A stretch of DNA of 35,157 nucleotides, from IMG/VR virus record IMGVR_UViG_3300045125_000156; one strand, written 5' to 3'. Shown here in pieces: positions 23,649 to 31,800 of this stretch. A program made the translations under genes and the position numbers. This DNA comes from a virus. Numbering within the stretch: the first letter of the stretch is position 1; each line of letters starts with the position of its first letter. The notes below the pieces were generated by a model that made no database searches, was not told the DNA's origin, and saw only the letters and a program-made list of their open reading frames with translations.

Positions 23649-26388
23649 CGGTGTCGAGCTAAAGCGCACGCGCTCAGAATTAGCCCGCGCCCTTCTTCGC
23701 ATCGACGGCAAACCCGTCAATCTTGATGACTACCCGATGTTCCTCGCCATCTACGACGGCGGGTACAAGCGGACCCTTTTGAAGACCTCCCGGCAGGTGG
23801 GGAAGTCGACGACCCTCTCGAACTTCTCCGTCGCCGAGTCAATCGCCGAGCCGCACTTCAAGACCTTCTTCATTTCACCCTCGCAAGAGCAGACGCACAA
23901 GTTCTCAACGGAACGCGTCGGCAAGACGATCATGTACTCGCCCCTGGTGAAGAAGCACTTCATCGGGGATTCCAACAGCAACCGCGTCATGGTCCGCTCG
24001 TTCAAGCGCGGATCCACGATCTACTTCAGCTACGCCGAGGACGACGCCGACCGGTGCCGTGGCGTTACTGCTGATCGTTTGTGTTTCGCTGCTTCAACGC
24101 AGGTGCTCACGCGTAAAGGTTGGGTCGAAGTCTCAGATCTGTCGTACGCGGATGAAATCGCCGATGTTAACGACGCCGGCCAGTTGGAATGGAATCGCCC
24201 CACAGCCCTGATCTTCAGAAACCACACAGGAGAAATGGTCCGCTTCAAACATCGCGGCATCGACCTGCGGGTTACAGCGGATCATGTAATGCGGGCGAAT
24301 TTCCGGCATAAAGGAGGTGCGGCCTACAAGACCCCAGATCGTTACGAATTTGTTCCAGCGTCTGATCTCGCGCGTACGTCGGGCATGGGCTTCAAGTTCA
24401 CGTGTGCCGCCGAATGGCCCAACAAGGCTATTCCTGAGTTCATCACCCTCCCTGGGGTTGATGGAACCTACGGTCGAAATCGAGACGAGTTGAGAGTTCC
24501 GCAGCAGGCGTTCGCCGAACTCATGGGTTGGTATATTTCAGAAGGGCACCTTCAGTGGAAATACACACCTCAGGGTAAGCGATATCCCCGCATGATCATT
24601 ACCCAGAACGAAGGCCGCTATGCGACAGAGATTCAGAATTGTTTATTGCGATGCGGGCTGTCGTTCTCCGTTAACCGCAGGCATACCGTATCGGCCGTAA
24701 ACCGGGTTAAGTCGATTCGATGCACATTCACCGTCAACGCCCCGCAGGTTGGAGCTTTCGCAGCCCCGCTTGGACACGCTCGTGATAAATACATCCCGGC
24801 TTGTTTCTTCGAGCACACGGACCTACTGCGGGAGTTGCTTCGGTCTTTATACCTGGGCGATGCGTGTTACCACTCTGGGGACCCGTGGGACCGGGGCGTT
24901 CTTAGAACGCGCTCACGGCGGCTTGCTGACGACGTGACCCGGGCGTGGCTGGCGCTAGGGCGTCCAGCTGCCACGCACACCTTGATGGTACCTCCACGCG
25001 CCGGAGCCCCGCCCGAACCGATGTACGACGTCGCTGCCCACAAGCAGAATTACTACGTGTTCTGGCGAAGCGAGTTCGTCACCAAGAAGCGTGTGACGGC
25101 AGAACCCGTAGTCGATGAGCCGGTCTACTGCTTCACCGTCAAGAACCATCGGCCCGTCGTGCGCGGTGGTTTTGGCCAAAAGCCCCTGATCACCTCACAG
25201 TGCCTGGACGAGGTGCAAGACATCAACCTCGAAGCCGTGATCCCGGTGGTCAAAGAGACCATCGCGAACTCGGAGTACGCGTACGAGATGTACTGCGGAA
25301 CGCCGAAGACGATGGAGAACGGCATTGAGCTCATGTGGAAGGCGTCCACCAAGAGCGAGTGGGCGATGAAGTGCGAGGGGTGCGGCCGCTACTCGGTGAT
25401 CGTGAGCGAGAAGCAACTCGGCAAGCACGGCCCCATCTGCACCAAGTGCGGCAAGGCGTTGAACCCTCGATTCGGGGTGTGGATCGACACCAACCGTGAT
25501 CCCGGCGTTCGCACCAAGGGATTTCACATCTCACGGGCGATCATGCCCAAATCGGTGCCGATCTGCTGGTCGGAAGGTCCGCTGCGCGACAAGGCCCAGG
25601 AAAAGTGGGACGAAGTTCTCGACAAGCTGGAAGGCCCCGGCGCCTACCCGCTGTCGATGTTCCGCAATGAGGTCCTGGGCGTCAGTGACTCCGAAGGCGT
25701 TCGCCTACTGACAAAAGAAGACTTGGAGGTCATGTGCGACGGCCCGGACATTTCGCCCGTACCGACGCATCAGAACATGGCCGACGTGATGAAGATCGCG
25801 GCAGGCTTCGATTGGTCCGGCGGCGGAACTGAGGTGAAGTCCCGCACGGTCCTGACCGTCCAGGGGCAGCTTACCAGTGGGCGGGTCAGGCTTTTGTATT
25901 TTAAGATCTTCCCCGGCACCTCACCCCTGGAAGAGCTGAACGAGATCACACAAGTTGTAAAAAACTACGACGGAAAATTCGCCATGTTCATGGGCGGCGA
26001 CGCCGGCGAAGGCAACATGAACATGGACTCGTTGCGGAACCGCTTTCAGAAGCCGCAACGAATCTTGAAGATCCGATATGTAGGAACGCAGAACACCTAC
26101 GTGAAATGGAATAGCGTCGGCGGCTTCTACACCCTGCACCGCACCCCCGCGATCGATTCGATCATGACGAACTTGAAGATGGGGAAGTATCAGTTCCCCG
26201 CCAACAAGAAGGTCATGGAGGTCGCGTTTAACGACATCTTGAACGAGCACGTCGAAGTGACCACGCAGGGTCGGAAGCGCTGGGATCACGCGTCCAATAA
26301 GCCTGATGACTTCCTGCACGCCCTTGTGTTTGGCCGATTGGCTCTTCAGGTGAGCACGGGCGAACTGAACTTGGGGAGCGCGCTTTAG
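23626..26388 (+). CDS. terL: Terminase large subunit (GpA-like ATPase plus nuclease) containing an intein
   Basis: Walker A KTSRQVGKST; Walker B restored on splicing (ADRL|CLDEVQD); GTPKT motif; CEGC..CTKC zinc ribbon; nuclease AGFDWSG and PDDFLHA. 920 aa, or 547 aa once the intein is removed. Confidence 0.92.
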   Translation: MPSLTSNDGVELKRTRSELARALLRIDGKPVNLDDYPMFLAIYDGGYKRTLLKTSRQVGKSTTLSNFSVAESIAEPHFKTFFISPSQEQTHKFSTERVGKTIMYSPLVKKHFIGDSNSNRVMVRSFKRGSTIYFSYAEDDADRCRGVTADRLCFAASTQVLTRKGWVEVSDLSYADEIADVNDAGQLEWNRPTALIFRNHTGEMVRFKHRGIDLRVTADHVMRANFRHKGGAAYKTPDRYEFVPASDLARTSGMGFKFTCAAEWPNKAIPEFITLPGVDGTYGRNRDELRVPQQAFAELMGWYISEGHLQWKYTPQGKRYPRMIITQNEGRYATEIQNCLLRCGLSFSVNRRHTVSAVNRVKSIRCTFTVNAPQVGAFAAPLGHARDKYIPACFFEHTDLLRELLRSLYLGDACYHSGDPWDRGVLRTRSRRLADDVTRAWLALGRPAATHTLMVPPRAGAPPEPMYDVAAHKQNYYVFWRSEFVTKKRVTAEPVVDEPVYCFTVKNHRPVVRGGFGQKPLITSQCLDEVQDINLEAVIPVVKETIANSEYAYEMYCGTPKTMENGIELMWKASTKSEWAMKCEGCGRYSVIVSEKQLGKHGPICTKCGKALNPRFGVWIDTNRDPGVRTKGFHISRAIMPKSVPICWSEGPLRDKAQEKWDEVLDKLEGPGAYPLSMFRNEVLGVSDSEGVRLLTKEDLEVMCDGPDISPVPTHQNMADVMKIAAGFDWSGGGTEVKSRTVLTVQGQLTSGRVRLLYFKIFPGTSPLEELNEITQVVKNYDGKFAMFMGGDAGEGNMNMDSLRNRFQKPQRILKIRYVGTQNTYVKWNSVGGFYTLHRTPAIDSIMTNLKMGKYQFPANKKVMEVAFNDILNEHVEVTTQGRKRWDHASNKPDDFLHALVFGRLALQVSTGELNLGSAL
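24082..25200 (+). mobile_element. Intein (373 aa) with LAGLIDADG homing endonuclease
   Basis: Block A CFAASTQVLTRKGW; block B LRVTADH; blocks C/E ELMGWYISEG and LLRSLYLGDA; block H TRSRRLADDV; block F VYCFTVKNH; ends ITSQ followed by +1 Cys. Confidence 0.92.
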
Positions 26389-26390
26389 CC

Positions 26391-26420
26391 AAAAAACACG
26401 CAGCGTTTTACCGCTGCGTG
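26391..26420 (-). terminator. Intrinsic terminator ending the - strand arm
   Basis: - strand CACGCAGCG-GTAAAA-CGCTGCGTG-TTTTTT: a 9-bp perfect stem plus U-tract between convergent stop codons. Confidence 0.8.
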
Positions 26421-26428
26421 CCCGGGCT

Positions 26429-26786
26429 TCACGCCTTACCTGGGATGGCGGTTCTCAGGGACCGAAGCCAGTCCCTGAGGTACGCGGCGTACTCTGGCCG
26501 CGCACAGATGCGGGACGTTCTCACATCCCGCGCGAAGACTGCCGCAAGCGGCTTGAGCGCCTCTTGCGGCAGAAGGGCGGCCACGGCCGCCCGGTATTCC
26601 TCTGGGTGGGTGTCCACCCAGAGAAGGTCGGGGTCCGAACAGTTGAACCCCTCCTCACCCGGCTGGGGCACGCCCAGCATGGTGAGGACGTTCGCCAAGC
26701 GGGTCCATTCCCGCTTGGCGGTGGAATCCCCGACATCCTTTCGGAAATCGAGGAGCCACCGGCGAGACGCCGTCAGGGCTGGTCAT
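26429..26786 (-). CDS. Cassette gene A, hypothetical protein (frameshift near the start)
   Basis: ATG 5 nt after GGTATAAG; joins the frame ...RWLLDFRKDVGDSTAKREWTRLANVLTMLG...AIPGKA*. Confidence 0.65.
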
Positions 26787-26791
26787 ACTGT

Positions 26792-26886
26792 CTTATACCC
26801 GCGCAGCCCCCACACTTTTGACCAAAAGAAACCGCCCCTTTGGACGCGCCGAACGGCGCGGGGCGGTGCCTCCAGGACGGAGGGCT
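26792..26886 (-). repeat. Structured terminator-promoter repeat, copy 1
   Basis: AGCCCTCCGTCCTGGAGGCACCGCCCCGCGCCGTTCGGCGCGTCCAAAGGGGCGGTTTCTTTTGGTCAAAA-N16-GGTATAAG. Confidence 0.92.
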
Positions 26887-27349
26887 TCAGACGTTTGCTG
26901 CCCGCTCGGCTTGCTCGGCGAGGCTCAGCAGCTGCTCCCGCACATACGCGAGGTCTCTGTACTCCCCGCCCCATGACGGCCCAGCGTCCCACGGCGGGGC
27001 GCGTCCCCATGTGGCAGCAGTCGAAGCCGACGGTGACGTCCCCGTCCCCGTCCCCGTCGCCTTCGACCTCGGCGTACGTGCAACCGCCGTGGACATCAAT
27101 AACCCAGAGCAGCCGATTCTCGCACGGGGGGACAGGCGCCCCGTCTTCGCCCGTGCAGGCCGCCCGGGCCCACGGGTGGGCCCGGGGCGCGGTGATGTAC
27201 CCGCACCATTGCCCGAGGTAGTTCCGCCGGGCGCGCACCAGGAAGCCCCGGTAGACGGCCTCCACCAGGGAGACCTCCGGGCCATCGGCCCGGTCCAGGG
27301 CGTCGACGGTGTTGTTGTTGTTCGTATCCCCAGAAACATAGTTGTCCAT
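26887..27349 (-). CDS. Cassette gene B, small phage protein with DVHGGxTY / GFDCxH motifs; one frameshift
   Basis: WCGYI..PRAHPW...IDVHGGCTY...VGFDCCH, then in a shifted frame EYRDLAYVREQLLSLAEQ; a pattern recurrent in uncharacterised phage proteins. Confidence 0.75.
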
Positions 27350-27354
27350 ACTGA

Positions 27355-27448
27355 CTTATACCCGCCGCCCCTACCGTTTTTTGACCAAAAAAACCACCCC
27401 GTAGGACGCGCCGAACGGCGCAGGGTGGTGCCTCCAGGACGGAGGACT
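27355..27448 (-). repeat. Structured terminator-promoter repeat, copy 2 (diverged, compensatory changes)
   Basis: AGTCCTCCGTCCTGGAGGCACCACCCTGCGCCGTTCGGCGCGTCCTACGGGGTGGTTTTTTTGGTCAAAA-N16-GGTATAAG. Confidence 0.9.
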
Positions 27449-27841
27449 AAGCAGACCAATCTTCTGTGATCTTCTGCCAGCCTTGAGGGCTTCTTTTCTG
27501 ATCTCAAACCCGTCGAGCCACCCCCGTAATATCCGTTGGAGGAATTACGGAAGATGACCTGGCACTTCCCGCGTCTCGTTACGAGATCATAGCCATACGC
27601 GAGATCGTACAGTTGTCTGGATCTATTGTCATCGACGTCCGGGAGGTCCAGGTCTTCGACGTCGATGACCTCCTGGCCCAGAAGGGCCTCGACGTTGATG
27701 ATGTCGGCAAACCAGCTGGTGGAGCAGCAGCCGCCCCTCACCGAGTATACGAGCGTTTCCGTCTTGGTTTCGAAAGCGATCTGGCTTTCGTCCTCCGGAA
27801 ACGCTGAGGCCAACAACACACCGACCAATCAGAGAGTTCAT
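27447..27841 (-). CDS. Cassette gene C, small acidic phage protein with CC and SNGYYGG motifs (DUF7448-like); frameshifted
   Basis: MNSLIGRCVVGLSVS joins GGCCSTSWFADI...YGYDLVTRRG...FRNSSNGYYGG; SD-like AAGGGTG upstream; likely TAG at 27447-27449. Family name is from recall. Confidence 0.7.
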
Positions 27842-27885
27842 AGTTCACCCTTTTCTTAACCACCATGAAACGGCTCATGGCCTTT

Positions 27886-27981
27886 CTTATACCCAGTCTC
27901 TCGTAATTTTTTTGACCAAAAGAAAACCGCCCCTTTGGACGCGCCGAACGGCGCGGGGCGGTGCCTCCAGGACGGAGGGCT
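27886..27981 (-). repeat. Structured terminator-promoter repeat, copy 3
   Basis: Core identical to copy 1 except one extra base in a homopolymer; unrelated 16-nt spacer, then GGTATAAG. Confidence 0.92.
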
Positions 27982-28239
27982 TAGTATGGGGAGTAACACG
28001 CCGAGCAGTCGGAGAAATGTATCTCCGACCACTCGACGTCGACGAGCTCAGGGTTATCGCGGAAGAACCGCGCCCCGATCTCCGCATCGGTCTGGTTTCG
28101 GCCAGACCTGTTCCTGGGTTTCTCGCCCGGCGCGAGGCGCCGGGCCCAGACCCTCCCGATAGGGGCGCCGCACGAGCGGCACTCCCTTCTCGCAGAGGAT
28201 TTTGAAACCGATGGGCCCAGAGGCAGAAGGGGTTGTCAT
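27981..28239 (-). CDS. Cassette gene D, small hypothetical protein; frameshifted
   Basis: ATG 5 nt after GGTATAAG (MTTPSASGPIGF...); the 3' frame DAEIGARFFRDNPELVDVEWSEIHFSDCSACYSPY* stops at the repeat edge. Confidence 0.6.
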
Positions 28240-28244
28240 ACTTC

Positions 28245-28273
28245 CTTATACCCCCCGGACCCCCTTTTTTTCA
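28245..28273 (-). promoter_or_regulatory. Fourth copy of the promoter motif, without the hairpins
   Basis: TGAAAA-N15-GGTATAAG-GAAGT-ATG, overlapping the exonuclease stop codon. Confidence 0.7.
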
Positions 28274-28831
28274 CGCCGCGAAAAACGCCCCGGCCACCGT
28301 CTTATACAAATACATCCCCCTCCAGACGTCTGGCATGGCGCGGTGCTCTGGCTGCTTTGGGCCGCCGAGAGGCGTCATAAGCTGCGTGCAGGCTGGCGCT
28401 GGCCAATCCGTGCTTGATCGCTACAAGGGCCGCCAGCCCTTGTAGGTCAAACGTCCGCCGCCCCCACTTTGCCGGCAGGTCAAAGTACGCCATCTCCGCC
28501 GCGATGAAATCGCGGTCAAGCTCACGTTCTGCGAGCAGAGCGTGCACCCCGCCAAGAGGTCTGCCAGCTTCTTCCAGAGCTCCTGGGCCTTTCGGCTACC
28601 CGCTTTCGGCGCGCCGTCCCAGTCGGGATGGCCAGGGAAATAGCCGTTGACTTCCAGAGCTTTTGCGGACCATGGCCCCTGCGTAAGATCAACGACCTGT
28701 TGAAAGTCCAGCGTGTCTAGGGTCGTAAGGCCCGCCTGCGTCGCCTCTGCCACCACGGCCGCCACTTCAATCACGCGGTTGACCCCGGGCTTCAAACCCG
28801 TGGTTTCCACGTCAACGAACGCGAGTTTCAT
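28271..28831 (-). CDS. DEDDh (DnaQ-like) 3'-5' exonuclease; frameshifted
   Basis: ExoI FVDVETTG; ExoII QNV..DRDF; ExoIII EHRAMPDV in the last frame; TGA at 28271-28273. Confidence 0.88.
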
Positions 28832-31800
28832 TTGGGTTCTTCGTCCTTTCTGGAAGATCAAACGCGTCCGGATCGCGCAGATCGTCTAGTTGTTCTTCGT
28901 CCGTGTAGCCGTCCAGCTGTGCTTCCGGAACAGGTGGCGGTAGGCCCTGTACATACTTCGCAGAGTCCATGACTTCGCCGTAGCTGGGTCCGAGCTCTAC
29001 GTCCCATCGATAAGGCACCGGCATCCACGGGAAGGCCTCAGCAACACGGTTTGTGCCGTACTGCGTGAAGATGTCCCGCACCTGATGCGCGTACTTCTTG
29101 GGGACCTGAAAACCAATCGAGTCGTGGACCGTAAGCAACAGCCGGCCCCGCAAGTCATTTTCGATTACCGGCGCAAGCCAACAAAGCACGCTCAGCACGA
29201 TGTCCGAGTTCGTGCCTTGCACCTTGAAGTTGATAGCTCGTCGCTCGGCCTGCGCCCGTAATTCGTTTGGCGCTCCGGCCCCGATAAGAAAGCGACGACG
29301 GCGGCCATTGAAGGCCTCGACCATGCCAAAGGTACGGAGCTCCCACTTCGTGCGGTCCATGAAGGTTCGGATCGTCGGAAACTTCGTGAAGAGAAGCTCC
29401 TGGATCTTCTTGGCGAACTCGTGAGAAATGCCAGCGATCTCCGCGATCTTCTTGATGCCGGCGCCGTAAAGCATGCCAAAGACGAGACGCTTGATGTTGT
29501 CGCGCAAGGCCTTTAAGCGCTTCCCGTAAGCCTTGTCGGGCAAAAGACCGTCCTTGCCCTTGAGGAAGTCGTCATAAGACCAATCGTGCTCGTCATCGAT
29601 CCCCGCGTTCACAAGCGCGATGCGTCGCGCCTCGCCGCTAAGGCCCGCCGCTACCTGCTTGGGGTTGAGGCACTCGGAGCCGAAGAAGCAGTGCGCGTCC
29701 AGGCCGTCGCGCAACGCGGCAATCAGGGCGCTGTCTTTTGAATAAGCCGCGTAAATCGAAACCTCGGCGCCTTTGGCGTCAGCGTTGCCGAAGCAAAAGG
29801 TCTCGTCATCCGGCACAAACAATTTTTTGCAATTGACGCCTTCAAACACCGGGCGGCCCTGATCGTTCAACACCAGGGCGCCTTTCAAGTCGCGCAGCGC
29901 GCCGATCAGACCCTTGGGAATGTTCTGGGCGTTGAAGCGGGCGTCGCCTACCTGAACCGCCGAAGACAAGCGGCCAGTCGACGTTGAAGTCAGCCCGTAC
30001 CCCGCGTGAAGCTTGCCGTCCCCGAAGTAAGTGGCCAGCGCCTCGATATTCGCGAAGAAAGTGTTCTTGCCCTTGTCCGCCTTCTTATGTGCCAGAAGCA
30101 AGTTGGCCAACGGGCACTTGTAGCGCGCGACGAGGCTTTTCATCACCCCGTCGCTGACCTGAATCGCGCCCTTGGCCGTATACGCCTGGGCTTTGTAGCT
30201 GATGCGTTTACCGTCGAAGTTAACGAGCCCCGGGTATTCTTCAGCGAGCTTGGATGCCGCCTCCGGGTCCGGGTGGATATCACCCGTCGCCGAAGAACAG
30301 CTGACCAAGGCGGCGCGTCGAGCCAAGCTGAGACCGTCACCACCCGCCAGTTCAAAGATCTGTTGCCGGGTATGCTCGACTGTCTGCCCCAGCGACTCCG
30401 CGCCCCACGTGCAGTACGCGAGGTCGACTTTCATGCCGTTATACTCAATCTTTGCCAACTCCCGCTGACGCGGCAAATAGTCATTCTGCAAAAGGCTGCG
30501 CAGCGGGCTTGAAATGGTGCAAAGCCGTTGCACTGCAAAAGGCTCTTTGCGCCCCAGCGAGCGCTCCTTCGAGCTTCTCGCGAGACGCAGAACAGCCTCA
30601 AGTCCTCTTCAGCCATGCGCCCCGCTTGGATGATCGCAATCCGCCGCGTGGCATCTGCGTCAACGCAGGCGTAGAACATGAGCTCGTTGAGCGGAATGCT
30701 CTCGAAGCCCCTGTCTTTTTCTTCTGAGACGGCGCCTTCTCCGCTTTCGCCCGAAACTCCCCGCTCTTCTTTGCGTTCCAATACCAGCTGAATCTGGTCT
30801 TTGATCTCAGCCCACTTCGGGTCTTTAACCGCTGTCTCCAGGGTCTTGACCTGAAACCGCTGCGTCTTCAAGACCTTCTTCTTCAGCAACGTATCGAGCG
30901 CCGCCGCAGCGGCCGGAGGCAGCCGGATAGCCTTCCCCTCAGTCGAGGGCTCGGCCACGTTAATCGCGCTCGTTGGCTTGCTCCAGCATGTCCTGAAGCC
31001 GGTCTTCGTAGCCCGCGAGTTCCGGCAAGAACTGCTTTTGTGAGCATCTTCAGCGAATAGAACTTCTTCTTGTCCTCTTCAAGAACATGCTCCGCCAGCA
31101 ATGCGTCCCACGTAACGTTACCCACGTCGCCCTGGGGCCAGCCCAGGCGCCAGAAGACCTTGTAGTCATACTTGCCGTTAAACCAGATAATCCGCTTGCC
31201 GCTCGCCAGAAGGCGCTTGATTTCCTCGTACGCCTCACGCCGGGTCATACATGGTGTTTTGCGGGTGCCACAGCGCCACAGATGCGGCTTTCCCCGTGGA
31301 CCAGGAAAACGAGACCGATAGGAGCTTGGTGCCCTCCCAGTTGGGGTGCAGGGTGTTCGTCTCGGTGTCAAACGAGATTACCCAGTCGAGCGGCGGGGCA
31401 TTCTTCTCCAGAGTAATTGATGACAAAGTCGACAAGGGTCCGGACTTCCTGCAACGTCTTTGGATAGATGAAGTTTCGCTCAATCTCTTCACGCGTCTTC
31501 ACGCGGACAAGAACGAAGTTGCGAGCCGTGCGGCCCGCTCGATATCTGCCAGCAACGTATTGAATTTGCCGTCCTGCGTGCCGTGAGCCTTGAGCGACCG
31601 CGTGAAGACCACAGTCACTTTGACCCCGCCTACGTCGACGTCCTCGAAGATGCGGTTGAGCGCCCTCGTCTTCGCTTCGCACCGAGACTCCGAGCGCGAC
31701 CAGCGACGCCACGCCGCAGGCAATGACGACGATTCGATTCTGACGGCCCGCCGCCAGCCGACGCTGTGACGCGAGATGAATGTTCGTCGGAGGTTGGCAA

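Noticed and set aside
27036-27322. Microsatellites (CCCCGT)n and (GTT)n as phase-variation switches
   Set aside because: Unit lengths are multiples of three and encode GDGDGD and NNNN, so slippage would not change frame.
26418-27469. Long + strand ORFs (26418..27221, 26840..27469) and other antisense ORFs such as 30006..30512 and 32393..33118
   Set aside because: Shadow ORFs of GC-rich coding sequence on the opposite strand; they have no motifs, and those at 26-27 kb run through the non-coding repeats.
26792-27981. CRISPR array
   Set aside because: Repeats are about 70 bp, the intervening segments are 450-500 bp protein-coding genes, and no cas genes are present.
26816-27981. Canonical integron attC sites or REP elements
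   Set aside because: No RYYYAAC/GTTRRRY ends and no integrase in the window. A GTAG word precedes a hairpin only in copy 2.
26816-27981. Self-cleaving ribozyme (hammerhead or HDV/theta) or tRNA
   Set aside because: No CUGANGA/GAAA core, no nested pseudoknot pairing and no cloverleaf found by eye; a cmscan would be needed to exclude these fully.
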